Positions 24,894-35,215 of a stretch of 51,088 nucleotides of DNA are shown piece by piece (within the stretch, counting starts at the first letter, position 1; every line of letters starts with the position of its first letter). The notes beneath the pieces were generated by a model, which searched no databases, had not been told where the DNA came from, and worked only from the letters and a program-made list of their open reading frames with translations. Source of the stretch: a virus. Taxonomy: Duplodnaviria > Caudoviricetes. The position numbers and the translations under genes are program-made. Location: the IMG/VR virus record IMGVR_UViG_3300020045_016223, positions 1 through 51,088 of that record. One strand, 5' to 3'.

Positions 24894-26079
24894 ATGGCGA
24901 TTATTACATTACAATCAATTCAGAATTTGCTTCGGCCTGGTCTGGCCGCAGTATTCGGAGACTACTTGGTCTATCCTGACCAGTGGAAAGAAATATTCAC
25001 AAGCCACGTTTCAAACAAAGCAGTTGAGTATGAAGTTGAAATGAGACTTTTACCTATGGCTCAATTTAAGCCGGACGGTGGAGCAGTTCAATACGGTGAT
25101 ATGGCACAAGCTTATACTACCTCTTATTTCCACAGAAACTTTGGTATCGGGTTAATTTCCAAGATTGTGAATTTTTTCACAATCAAAACGGCTCCGTTAT
25201 ACGGCAACGTATAAATTGAAACTGGGTGAACTCAGGGAACATCCCATAGGGACAATCCTGAGCCAAGCCGTCGAAAGACGGAAGGTGCAACGACTAGATC
25301 GAAAGATCGTAGAGCCAAGCGGCTCGAAGCGCCCAGCACCCTACAGGGGTGAAGATATAGTCTCCTCTCACAAGCAATTGTGAGCAGTCCGAAAGGGCGG
25401 GTTAGAAGTCGCGATTCTAACTGAAGATAAGGTTCAGATTACGGCCAATACTATTCGTGACAACCTTTACAAGGATTCTTGGCCACGTGCTACCGAATCC
25501 GGTAAGGACTCTATGCGTCAAGCTAAAAATATTGAAGGCGCAAACGTTCTTAACCAAGGGTTCAATGTTTCGTACCCGGTGAGCGACGGTCAGCCTTTGT
25601 TTTCAACGCAACATCCCGTTCAGGGAAACACTGTGCCAAACACATTCGCATTGCCGACACAGCTCAATGAGACTTCTTTGCAAGATGCATTGATTGGAAT
25701 CCAGAAGTTCTTGAACGTTGCCGGACTTCGTATTGCTCTTCAGTCTGAAAAGTTGATTGTTCCTCCCGAACTTCAGTTCACGGCAAATGTTCTCTTAGAA
25801 AGCAAATATCGTACATCAACAGCTAATAACGATATTTCTGCAATCTATAATTTGAGTAGTGTTCCAATGGGATATCGCGTTAACCAATTCCTCACGTCAC
25901 CTTCAGCCTGGTTCCTTAATACAAATGAAAGTAATGGTTATAAATACTATGAAAGGGATCCATTAACTATTGATATGTTTACAGATACAACTACTCGTAA
26001 CTTAAACGTTACTTTCGTAGAACGGTATTCATTTGGTTGTTCTAATTGGCGTGCAGGTTTTGCATCAGCAGGAGTATAA
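24894..26079 (+). CDS. Major capsid protein, spliced: exon 1 24894-25152, exon 2 25433-26079 (301 aa)
   Basis: Joining gives ...YFHRNFGIG-F-QITANTIRDNLY...; L.PGL.A.FG, DGQPLFS..HP, LIVPPELQF, ERYSFG motifs; 259+647=906 nt, in frame. Confidence 0.92.
25153..25432 (+). ncRNA. Group I self-splicing intron, 280 nt, no homing endonuclease
   Basis: Exon ends in U, intron ends in G; P AACTCAGGGAA, Q AATCCTGAGCC, R GTGCAACGACTA, S AAGATATAGTCT; P3 CTGGGTG/CGCCCAG; GNRA-capped P2 and P9. Confidence 0.95.
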
Positions 26080-26082
26080 ATC

Positions 26083-27522
26083 ATGAGCATAAGTACACCA
26101 TCACAAGGTTCCCATTTTTCAGATGGCGTGCGGACTGGCCCTATTCTTGGGTCAAGCTACACACCTGGGGCAAATGTTTTGACGCCATCTGTGATGGTGT
26201 CTTCACCTACTGATCAATTGCCACCAGGCGTTTTTAACACTCCCATGTCGTTGCTGGATATAATTCCTGCACCTGTAAGTGCTACAAGCATAGCTGCTGC
26301 ACAAACACCTGTATTTGCCGAATACTTAAATCTTGTTACTTTAAGTGGCATTGGAATTAACGTTATTACCTATAATGGCATTCCTAATGTCATTCAACTT
26401 GATTGCGCTAGAAATATTACCATTACAGGTCATGCCGGAACAACGAGCCAGATTTTTACCATATTTGGGTGGGATCAATATGGCATACCTATGGTTGAGC
26501 AAATTACAGGACCTGCCGGAGCTACATTGGCTAGAGGCAATAAGGCATTCATGTATGTCCAAGCTGTTTATGTAGCTGCGGGAACGGTAGCAAACGTTTC
26601 TGTCGGTGTTGGAAATACGTATGGCCTTCCTTATCTAGTTCCTAGCATAAATTATGGTGGTGCTGTTTATTGGAATGGATTTAGTGACATCGTAGATGCA
26701 TCTGAAGATGAAATGAGATTAGGAAACGATCCTATAACAACAGTTAATGGCCAATCAATCGTAACAGTATCCCTTGCGGGTGCTTCTCCTGCTTTTACGG
26801 CTTCATATTTCGTTGTTGGCCAATGGATAAAGTTATTTAACATTCCTACTTTTCAAGGTATTACGGCTGCACAGTATAATATTGATGCTCAAATCGTCGC
26901 TTTGGATGTTGTCAACAATACATTGACATACAAAACAAATGGCGTAGCCACGGGAGCAGGAACCGGAGGAGGAGCTACTGTAGATTTGCTTCCTTTCAGT
27001 GGTCTTGTTACAGGAGATCAAAGGATAGCAAGTAATGTTACAGGTGATGTAAGAGGAACTTATACGCCACTTCCTGGTACTTTTTCTGTAAATAATGATA
27101 GTTTTTCTGATGCTAATGGATTTAGTCGATTAACAATTAACTTCTATAATGCAAGTGGTGATGCCAGGAATTATAACAATGCTTCTAATGGTATTGTCAA
27201 TCTGAATGCTAACCCAATCACAACAACAAATGGATCGTCTGTTGTATCTATATACGCACCTAATCATCAATTTATAAACGGAGAAAATGTAACAATTTCG
27301 GGAGCAGTTACTACAAATGGTATTGCTGCTGCTGCGTTGAATATTAAAGCACCTGTTACAATTGTTGATCAGAACAACTTTACGTATGTATCAACTGGTG
27401 TGGCGACAAGTTCAGGTCAGGGAGGTGGAAGTATTGTGAAGATGAGTCCGCGTTATGGGAACTTGTATCAGACAGCAACAGGACGTTTTGGGGTTCCACA
27501 GCACTCTATTGATTTGTTCTAA
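26083..27522 (+). CDS. Virion structural protein with two inserted beta modules
   Basis: HFSDGV N-terminus, LDCARNITI, GWDQYG..MVEQI, TGDVRGTY; directly after the MCP. Confidence 0.8.
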   Translation: MSISTPSQGSHFSDGVRTGPILGSSYTPGANVLTPSVMVSSPTDQLPPGVFNTPMSLLDIIPAPVSATSIAAAQTPVFAEYLNLVTLSGIGINVITYNGIPNVIQLDCARNITITGHAGTTSQIFTIFGWDQYGIPMVEQITGPAGATLARGNKAFMYVQAVYVAAGTVANVSVGVGNTYGLPYLVPSINYGGAVYWNGFSDIVDASEDEMRLGNDPITTVNGQSIVTVSLAGASPAFTASYFVVGQWIKLFNIPTFQGITAAQYNIDAQIVALDVVNNTLTYKTNGVATGAGTGGGATVDLLPFSGLVTGDQRIASNVTGDVRGTYTPLPGTFSVNNDSFSDANGFSRLTINFYNASGDARNYNNASNGIVNLNANPITTTNGSSVVSIYAPNHQFINGENVTISGAVTTNGIAAAALNIKAPVTIVDQNNFTYVSTGVATSSGQGGGSIVKMSPRYGNLYQTATGRFGVPQHSIDLF

Positions 27523-27543
27523 TTTGTTGTAAGGGGAACGAAA

Positions 27544-28473
27544 ATGGCAAGGTTAATAAGTTTATCTTTTCTCGAGTCAGACACACAATTGTTGGCGTCA
27601 GAAGTGAGTGGGCCTTCAAATATTCCGGTTATCCTTGCCAATTCCGCTTCTTATCCATTTGTATTCCCAAATATGGCAAGAAGCATAACTATGTCCTCGC
27701 CGGACAACAATGATTTTGATTTTTTAATTTCTGGAACAGATCAATTCGGGAATTCCATAAATGAAATTATGCAAGGTCCAAACAACAATACGGTTACATC
27801 AGTCAACCAGTATAATACAATTGTGTCTATCTATAGTCTTATAACGGATTATACGAATCTCAGCATTGGAAGTGGTGATACCGGAACATTCCAGTGGATA
27901 AAATTCAATACATTCAATATCAATCCAAATATAACGATTGCTGCGGAAGTTGTTGGGACTATTGCGTATAGCATTAACCAGACAATAGATAGCCTTGGCG
28001 GTTATGTAACAACAGGCCCATTTTTCAGGTATGTACAACCTTCTGCTCCTGTTCTTCTTGGTCACAGTCCGCTTCAGACAACGAATGGATCGTCAGTTGT
28101 TACTGTTCTTGTTCATTCTACGACAGGTCTTACAACAGGTGATATTGTTATGATTGGAGGAGCAGAAGCAACAGGTGGAATTGCTCCGAATGCATTGAAT
28201 ATTAGAGCTGCTATTACTGTTCTGTCAGACATAACATTTAGTTACGTAGCAGGTGCAGTATCTAATGCAAATGATATAGGTGGTGGGACAACCGTAACTT
28301 ATACCTTTCCACCTATTCCTGTTTCTTTCCCTGTCACTGCCAATCTTACAAATGCAACTACCAATCAAATCTATGCACTAAATTCTCCTGTTACCGCATT
28401 GCAGGGTGTTGTGAATTCATCAAGTGCTGGTGGCTCATTGAAAATAAACTTCTTACAACAGGGAATCATCTAA
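27544..28473 (+). CDS. Virion structural protein with one inserted beta module
   Basis: Beta-rich; GTDQFG..INE resembles the previous gene; ends LQQGII. Confidence 0.75.
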   Translation: MARLISLSFLESDTQLLASEVSGPSNIPVILANSASYPFVFPNMARSITMSSPDNNDFDFLISGTDQFGNSINEIMQGPNNNTVTSVNQYNTIVSIYSLITDYTNLSIGSGDTGTFQWIKFNTFNINPNITIAAEVVGTIAYSINQTIDSLGGYVTTGPFFRYVQPSAPVLLGHSPLQTTNGSSVVTVLVHSTTGLTTGDIVMIGGAEATGGIAPNALNIRAAITVLSDITFSYVAGAVSNANDIGGGTTVTYTFPPIPVSFPVTANLTNATTNQIYALNSPVTALQGVVNSSSAGGSLKINFLQQGII

Positions 28474-28667
28474 TGGCTAAGGATAAATCCGCTAAATGGA
28501 TATCAGATGCAATCAAGCATCCTGGGAGTTTACATAAAGCTTTAAAAGTTCCTGCTGGTCAAAAAATTCCAGAAAAAAAATTAGAGAAAGCTGAACATAG
28601 CAAGAATCCATCTTTGAGGAAAAAAGCTGTTTTAGCAGAAACTTTAAAAGGTTTTAGAAAAAAGTAG
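28473..28667 (+). CDS. Small basic phage protein
   Basis: KWISDAIKHPGSLHKALKVPAGQKIP; TAATG-coupled. Confidence 0.75.
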   Translation: MAKDKSAKWISDAIKHPGSLHKALKVPAGQKIPEKKLEKAEHSKNPSLRKKAVLAETLKGFRKK

Positions 28668-28676
28668 GATAATGTT

Positions 28677-29732
28677 GTGGCATATAGTCAAACTTTTAAT
28701 TTCGGACAGACTACCCTTGTTGAATCCTTTGTAAAGGACTCATTCGAGTTATGTGGCATCTCCGGTTCCGATATTTCAGGTTTGCAAAGCGATTCAGCTC
28801 TTTTAAGTCTTAATTTCCTTCTTTCTGATTGGGCTAATAAAGGGCTTAATTTATTTACAGAGCAAAAAGCTATGATCCAGCTTAAGGTTGGACAGCCAAA
28901 TTATCCTCTTAATTCCTATACAATCAAAGTGACGGAAGTTACAGCAAGCAATAATACGGTACTATCCGGTGGCGTTGCCTTTTCAAGTTCCGGTGGAAAT
29001 GCTGCAAATGCTTTTAATGGTTCTCCAAACTCTGCAAACCCATGTACGCAAACTTCCCCAAACGGATATATTTCCTATACATATCCGCAAGGGAATACGC
29101 CTTCTGTTTATTATATTGGCGTTCAATCCAATGTAAGTACAAACTATAATCTTGTATTTGAATATTCCTATGATGGAAATGTTTGGATGAGTAGCCTTGA
29201 TATCGGTTCTAAATATTATCCTGTGGGACAAATTATTTGGGCTGCTGTTAATTCTCCTGTTAGTGCGCAATCCATCAGAATTAGGGAAACAGGTGGGGCA
29301 ACCCTAAGTGTTCAACAAATCTATTTTTCTATGCCTTCTTTTAGTCGAATATTGACGCCTATTTCCCGTGAGGAATGGACATCCTATCCAAATAAGCAAA
29401 CCCAAGCTACGCCTTCTAGTTATTATCTAGATCGTCAAATTGTTCCTGCTTTGAATTTATGGCCTACACCGGATAACAGCTATCAAACTTTAGTATTTAA
29501 TCAGCAAATAGCAATCATGGATGTAACTTCCCTAAACCAAAATATATTCATACCTCAAAGATTTATGAATGCTTGTCGTTTTGGATTGGCATACGAAATG
29601 GCATTAAAATTTGCAATTGATAAAGCAGATAGGCTGTCTCTCCTTTCTACGGATGCTTATAAATGGGCTGCATTAGAAGATGAGGAAAAGGTTCCCGTGC
29701 GCATTCAACCAAATATGTATTCATATACGTGA
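28677..29732 (+). CDS. Head-tail adaptor/neck protein with an internal beta-sandwich domain
   Basis: SLNFLLSDWANKGLNL, ISREEW...PNK...PS.YY.DRQ..P.L.LWPTPD, IPQRF...GLAY..A. Confidence 0.75.
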   Translation: MAYSQTFNFGQTTLVESFVKDSFELCGISGSDISGLQSDSALLSLNFLLSDWANKGLNLFTEQKAMIQLKVGQPNYPLNSYTIKVTEVTASNNTVLSGGVAFSSSGGNAANAFNGSPNSANPCTQTSPNGYISYTYPQGNTPSVYYIGVQSNVSTNYNLVFEYSYDGNVWMSSLDIGSKYYPVGQIIWAAVNSPVSAQSIRIRETGGATLSVQQIYFSMPSFSRILTPISREEWTSYPNKQTQATPSSYYLDRQIVPALNLWPTPDNSYQTLVFNQQIAIMDVTSLNQNIFIPQRFMNACRFGLAYEMALKFAIDKADRLSLLSTDAYKWAALEDEEKVPVRIQPNMYSYT

Positions 29733-29743
29733 GGATATAGAAA

Positions 29744-30166
29744 ATGTTTCCACACGGTAGATGGGTAAAGATAGATGAACAAAATCCTGATGCGGTTGCG
29801 CGTTGTGATCGGTCAGGACAACTTTGTAACTATAACGATCTTGTAAAGCAAATGGATTATAGGGGACTGGGTTTAGTATGGACAGGTCTTTACGTTAATA
29901 AATATTTCTTAGATGAGCCGAATCCCCAGAGTTTAAACCCGGTTATACGACCTGATCCGCCCCCTTTGCAACATCCAAGGCCATGGCAAACAACACAAGC
30001 TGTATGGCCTACGCAATCATTACCTTGGAATACACAAACTACTGATTGCATGAATTCATCTACTACATGCCAGACCCTATCATATCCTATATGGGCTTCA
30101 TGGGGAGATTGGGAAGGACAAGTAGGGCAAGTAGGACAAGCAACGCCAGAAACAGGAGATAATTAA
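29744..30166 (+). CDS. Small neck-region protein
   Basis: AVARCDRSG...WTGL.V...DEPNPQ...DP.P...PRP. Confidence 0.7.
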   Translation: MFPHGRWVKIDEQNPDAVARCDRSGQLCNYNDLVKQMDYRGLGLVWTGLYVNKYFLDEPNPQSLNPVIRPDPPPLQHPRPWQTTQAVWPTQSLPWNTQTTDCMNSSTTCQTLSYPIWASWGDWEGQVGQVGQATPETGDN

Positions 30167-31959
30167 TGGCGACAACACCTCCAATGTTTACAACAGGTAT
30201 TTCTACTTTATCACCCGCTTCAACGTATCCTGACTTATTGTTAATGAATAATGCAGGTCAAGGGCTTAACAATACGCCATCTCAGGTACAAGACGGTCTG
30301 GGAAACAGAACCAATATGACTATCAGCGCAAATTATATCAATTTTGATAGGAGTGTTTCTCAGTTTCAACTTGATGGTGTTGCTTTAACGGCAAGTGCAG
30401 CAACTCTTAATAACATTACTGATGTGGCAAATGGCCAATATATTTTAGTGTCATCTAATTCTCAATTGCCAAATGCATCTACACTTTCTGCAACTAATGG
30501 GATTTCTTTAACATCAAGTGCCGGAAATATAACCATACAACCTACTGTTAATTCTCCTTTATCTGAAATTCAACAATTGGTTGGTGGACCAAATGGCATT
30601 CTTGTTTATGAGAATGATGCACCTTTTGGAACAGTTAACCTTATCAGTGATGCAACCATTAATATCGTAAATCCTGATGGTACGACTGGAAACCCAACAT
30701 TTAATGTCGTTACTGATACAAACCGTCAACGCGTAAATGTCCAGCTTAACGGCGTATATCAAAGCCAAAAATCTCAGATAAACTTTATCCCAGGCCCCGG
30801 TTCCGGCATTAATGTTGTTGATAACCCAAGTTCAAACAGGACAGATATCACGATATCGGGAACTCCAGGAAGTGCATTTAGTTTTGTAGCAGCAGTGTAT
30901 GCGACAACAACGGCAAACTTAACCTCTACATATAACAATGGTGTATCAGGTGTAGGCGCAACTTTAACGTCTACAGTGGATGGCGCATTTACGACAGACG
31001 GAATAACTCCTATACAAAATGAAGTTATCCTTGTCAAAGACCAAACGACACCTGCTCAAAATGGTATCTATATATTGACAACAGCAGGTGACATTGCAAC
31101 TCCATGGGTTTTAACGCGTGCTAACTATTTTGACCAACCTTCCGAAATCAAGCCAGGTGATATCGTTATCGTCCTTCATGGTAACATATACCAATATACA
31201 GGATGGGTTGAGACCGCAAAGGTTACTACAGTTGGAACAGACCCAATAAACTTCGTTACATTCGGTGTTACAGGTACCGTTACAAGCGTTTCCGGTACGG
31301 CAGGACAGATTGATGTCGTCAATGGCACAACAACTCCTATTATTTCTATTGACCCTGCTTACGTAGGGCAAGCCTCTATAACAACCTTGGGAATAGTCGA
31401 TACGGGCACATGGAATGCTGATTTAATTGATGTTCCCTATGGTGGGACTGGCATCAATTCAACAACTGCGTATGGTGTTCTCTGTGGTGGTACTACAGCT
31501 ACTAACCCTCTTCAAAATGTAGGAACAGGTGTCGTTGGGGAAGTATTGACTTCTTCTGGTCCTGGTGCTCTTCCACAATGGCTATCACCTGGGGCAGCAT
31601 CTTTTAATAATGCTGTACACCAGGTTGGTCATAGTCTCGTTGTCGGTAATGTAATTAGGATTAATAATGTCGGACATTATGTCGTTGCACAGGCCAATAA
31701 TGTAGCCAATGCAACAAGCGTTGTCGGTATAGTTGTTGAAATCATAGATGCCGATAACTTTGTTTATCAATTTGGAGGAATCGTAACGGTTCTAAGTGCC
31801 CTTACAGTTGGTGATCCTTATTTCCTCGATCCTGCGGTTGCAGGGGGTTATACATCTACAGTCCCAACTACACCAGGAGAAGTTGTTTTGCCTTTATTTT
31901 TTGCTTTAACAGCTGTAGAGGCATTATGGCAACCCGCTTCTGCGACCCTATTGGCTTAA
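30166..31959 (+). CDS. Tail fibre/spike-like protein 1
   Basis: Thr/Gly/Asn-rich; shares ILVKDQT..A.NGIY and VPYGGTG modules with neighbours. Confidence 0.75.
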   Translation: MATTPPMFTTGISTLSPASTYPDLLLMNNAGQGLNNTPSQVQDGLGNRTNMTISANYINFDRSVSQFQLDGVALTASAATLNNITDVANGQYILVSSNSQLPNASTLSATNGISLTSSAGNITIQPTVNSPLSEIQQLVGGPNGILVYENDAPFGTVNLISDATINIVNPDGTTGNPTFNVVTDTNRQRVNVQLNGVYQSQKSQINFIPGPGSGINVVDNPSSNRTDITISGTPGSAFSFVAAVYATTTANLTSTYNNGVSGVGATLTSTVDGAFTTDGITPIQNEVILVKDQTTPAQNGIYILTTAGDIATPWVLTRANYFDQPSEIKPGDIVIVLHGNIYQYTGWVETAKVTTVGTDPINFVTFGVTGTVTSVSGTAGQIDVVNGTTTPIISIDPAYVGQASITTLGIVDTGTWNADLIDVPYGGTGINSTTAYGVLCGGTTATNPLQNVGTGVVGEVLTSSGPGALPQWLSPGAASFNNAVHQVGHSLVVGNVIRINNVGHYVVAQANNVANATSVVGIVVEIIDADNFVYQFGGIVTVLSALTVGDPYFLDPAVAGGYTSTVPTTPGEVVLPLFFALTAVEALWQPASATLLA

Positions 31960-31971
31960 GGAGAATATATA

Positions 31972-33354
31972 ATGGGAACAAACGTAAACACGACAGTCGT
32001 AAATAGGTTAAATGGTGGCCCTGGTAGCCAGGGATATGCGGCTTTAGGAGATGGAAGTGCATTTGTCCAACTGAGTGAAGATGGCATAAATCCTTCCAGC
32101 ATTATTTTTGGAAAATGGGAATCTACACCCGTAGATATCGAATACGGTGGAACTAATGCTAATACGGCTCCCCAAGCACTGACAAATCTTGGTGCGTTGC
32201 CTATTGCAGGTGGAACCATGACAGGCCAACTTATTTTGAATTCTACTCCCATTGCCCCTCTTGCAGCAGTTACAAAGCAATATGCAGATGCAATTTCCGC
32301 TGGTCTAAATTTTAAACAACCTTGTTATGCTGCTACAACAGGTAACCTAAATGCGACATACGATAACGGTACTTCCGGCGTAGGGGCTACATTGACGAAT
32401 GCTGGTGTTAATGCGGCTTTCACCTTGGACGGAACTTCTCCCCCCTTAAACTCAAGAATTTTAGTTAAAGACCAAACAACGCAAGCAGATAATGGAATTT
32501 ATATTTTAACTATAGTCGGAGACGGCTCAACCCCATGGGTTTTAACCAGAACGACAGATTACAATACAGTTGCTCAAATTTACCCTGGAAACTTTATCCT
32601 TATCACGGCAGGGATAGCTAATCAAAATTCAGGATGGATACAGGTAAATATTGTTTCCACTATCGGAACTGACCCGATTGCATTTGCAGAATATGGAGCA
32701 TCCGGTACCGTAACAGATGTCTTGGGTACGGCAGGTAAAATTGTAGTCACAAATGGAACAACAACCCCAACAGTTAGCATTGACCCAACATATATAGGGC
32801 AAGATTCTATAACAAATGTTGGAACAATTGATAGAGGTACATGGCAAGGAAATACCGTTGATGTTCTATATGGTGGAACAGGTGGAAGCATATTTGGACA
32901 ATACAGCGTAATATGTGGTGGCTCAACGTTAGATGACAATTTTCAATATGTAAACCCAGGAATTGCCGGGCAGGTATTTACATCTTCTGGCGCAGGTGCA
33001 CTTCCAACTTGGCAAGACCCCACAGGGCCAAAATGGATTGATCAGACATCTACCTCAGTCACTATGGCTGTTGATACAAACTATGTAGCGGATAATATCG
33101 CTCTTGTAACTCTTACATTGCCTGCAATAGTTCCTTTTGGTTCTACATTCCAGGTTACAGGAAAAGGGTCTGGTGGATGGAAAATTTCCCAGGCAGCAGG
33201 GCAGACGATAAATTTTGGAAATGCGCCAACAACAACAGGTACAAGCGGTTATCTAGCAAGTACCAACCGTTTCGATTCAGTAACATTAGTATGCGTAACA
33301 GCTAATACAGAATTTGTTGTTTATGCTCCTGTAGGTAATATTATTGTTAACTAA
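31972..33354 (+). CDS. Tail fibre-like protein 2
   Basis: LPIAGGTMTG.L.L...P....AVTKQYAD fibre motif; shared modules. Confidence 0.8.
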   Translation: MGTNVNTTVVNRLNGGPGSQGYAALGDGSAFVQLSEDGINPSSIIFGKWESTPVDIEYGGTNANTAPQALTNLGALPIAGGTMTGQLILNSTPIAPLAAVTKQYADAISAGLNFKQPCYAATTGNLNATYDNGTSGVGATLTNAGVNAAFTLDGTSPPLNSRILVKDQTTQADNGIYILTIVGDGSTPWVLTRTTDYNTVAQIYPGNFILITAGIANQNSGWIQVNIVSTIGTDPIAFAEYGASGTVTDVLGTAGKIVVTNGTTTPTVSIDPTYIGQDSITNVGTIDRGTWQGNTVDVLYGGTGGSIFGQYSVICGGSTLDDNFQYVNPGIAGQVFTSSGAGALPTWQDPTGPKWIDQTSTSVTMAVDTNYVADNIALVTLTLPAIVPFGSTFQVTGKGSGGWKISQAAGQTINFGNAPTTTGTSGYLASTNRFDSVTLVCVTANTEFVVYAPVGNIIVN

Positions 33355-33380
33355 TATCTAAAATTTTAGGAGAATTTTAA

Positions 33381-34160
33381 GTGTCTACGAATAATGCTAT
33401 TAATTCCCCGCTTCCCACATCACTTGCATTGGGTGGAACGAATGCCGCATTGACGGCATCAAATGGCGGCATATTTTATAGCACGGCATCTGCCGGAGCT
33501 ATCCTATCCGGTACGGCTACAGCAAACCAAGTACTTCTATCCGGTTCTTCAACAACACCTGCTTGGTCAACTGCTACTTATCCCGCTACCACTACTATTA
33601 ACCAACTTCTATATTCCTCTGCTGCAAATGTCATTGGTGGCGTAGCAACGGCAAACAATGGTTCATTGGTCACAAGCAATACAGGAGTTCCTTCTATACA
33701 GACATTGACTGCTGGTCAAATCCTTATTGGTACGACAGGGGCGGCACCAACAGCAACTACTTTGACGGCAGGAACAGGTATTTCTATATCAAGCACCAGT
33801 GGTTCTATCACAATTTCTTCAAGTGCCGCTTCATCTAATTGGGTAAATCAAACAAGCACTTCCGTTACCATGACCGTTAACACGAGTTATTTTGCAAATA
33901 ATGCAGCCCTTGTGACACTCACACTTCCGGCTGTTTGCGCCCAAGGCACAGAATTTACCATTGCAGGTGTAGGGGCAGGTGGATGGAAAGTTGCGCAAGC
34001 AGCAAGTCAATTTATTAATTTTGGAAACGTTGTCACAACAACGGGGACAGGTGGTTATTTGGCAAGCACAAACCAGTATGACGTTGTGTATCTTGTTTGC
34101 ACCGCCGCAAATACTCAGTTCTCCGTTTTGGGTTCTGTTGGAAATTTAACTTATGTGTGA
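33381..34160 (+). CDS. Short fibre paralogue A
   Basis: NNAINSPLPTSLALGGTN N-terminus; C-terminal domain paralogous to that of 31972. Confidence 0.8.
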   Translation: MSTNNAINSPLPTSLALGGTNAALTASNGGIFYSTASAGAILSGTATANQVLLSGSSTTPAWSTATYPATTTINQLLYSSAANVIGGVATANNGSLVTSNTGVPSIQTLTAGQILIGTTGAAPTATTLTAGTGISISSTSGSITISSSAASSNWVNQTSTSVTMTVNTSYFANNAALVTLTLPAVCAQGTEFTIAGVGAGGWKVAQAASQFINFGNVVTTTGTGGYLASTNQYDVVYLVCTAANTQFSVLGSVGNLTYV

Positions 34161-34167
34161 GGTTTAA

Positions 34168-35166
34168 ATGACTCAAAATAATGCAATTAACTCCCCCCTT
34201 CCCACATCGCTTGCGTTAGGTGGAACGAATGCCACATTGACGGCTTCGAATGGCGGACTATTTTATAGTACGGCATCTGCCGGAGCTATCCTGTCCGGTA
34301 CGGCAACCTCACAACAGATAGTCCTGTCAGGTTCTTCATCTGCACCTTCATGGTCTACTGCCACTTATCCATCTACTACTACGGCAAATCAGCTTTTATA
34401 TTCCTCGTCCAACAATGTTGTTGGTGGTTTATCTACAACTGGTAGCGCATGTTTGATTACAAACAGTTCCGGTGTTCCTTCCTGGTCATCATCTATGACC
34501 AACGGACAGGTAATTATAGGAAGTACAAGTGGCACCCCAACCGCAGCTACTTTAACAGCAGGAACTAATGTAACGATTACAAATGGCCCAGGTAGCATTA
34601 CGATAAATTCAACAGCAGGTGGTTCTGGAAATTGGGTGTGGATTGCGACACAGACGGCTTCATCCAGTGCATCTTTGAATTTTAATAGCCAATTCAGCTC
34701 AACTTATATTGCATATCATATTGTTTTGGTCAATATCTTACCTGCAAGTGCTTCAGCTAATTTATGGTTAAGGTTAGGTACAGGAGCAGGTCCAACATAT
34801 ATATCAACAGGTTATATATATCAGCTTTGCGATATTAATAATAATGGATCAAGTAATGCTTATCCAGGTTATGGAGGAACTGCTTTCAATCAGGTATTGC
34901 TTACGTATGCTAATGGTAATGGTATCAGCACATCAGCAACCTATGGTGGCGTATGTGGGTCTGTTGACTTATTTATAACTTCAGGATCATCTGTTGTTGG
35001 TAACGGTATAAGCAATATGTCCTATGAGTCATATAGTAATACTTCACATTATGCAAATACGACATCTACTTTCCAACAGCCAGCAGCCAATTTCACATCT
35101 GTTCAATTATTGATGAGTACCGGAAATATAGCATCCGGTTCAGCTTATTTGTATGGGTTAACTTAA
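34168..35166 (+). CDS. Short fibre paralogue B
   Basis: Same N-terminus; TASSSASLNF...SGSAYLYG tip domain. Confidence 0.8.
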   Translation: MTQNNAINSPLPTSLALGGTNATLTASNGGLFYSTASAGAILSGTATSQQIVLSGSSSAPSWSTATYPSTTTANQLLYSSSNNVVGGLSTTGSACLITNSSGVPSWSSSMTNGQVIIGSTSGTPTAATLTAGTNVTITNGPGSITINSTAGGSGNWVWIATQTASSSASLNFNSQFSSTYIAYHIVLVNILPASASANLWLRLGTGAGPTYISTGYIYQLCDINNNGSSNAYPGYGGTAFNQVLLTYANGNGISTSATYGGVCGSVDLFITSGSSVVGNGISNMSYESYSNTSHYANTTSTFQQPAANFTSVQLLMSTGNIASGSAYLYGLT

Positions 35167-35215
35167 TTTATTATAGGTTTGGGTCGTATGGTAGCTACCA
35201 AAAATGTGAGGTTAA

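Noticed and set aside
25153-25432. Homing endonuclease in the intron
   Set aside because: The 280 nt are almost all ribozyme structure, and no HNH, GIY-YIG or LAGLIDADG gene is recognisable elsewhere in the window.
24894-26079. Two separate genes or a capsid pseudogene
   Set aside because: Fully explained by a group I intron with an in-frame splice junction.
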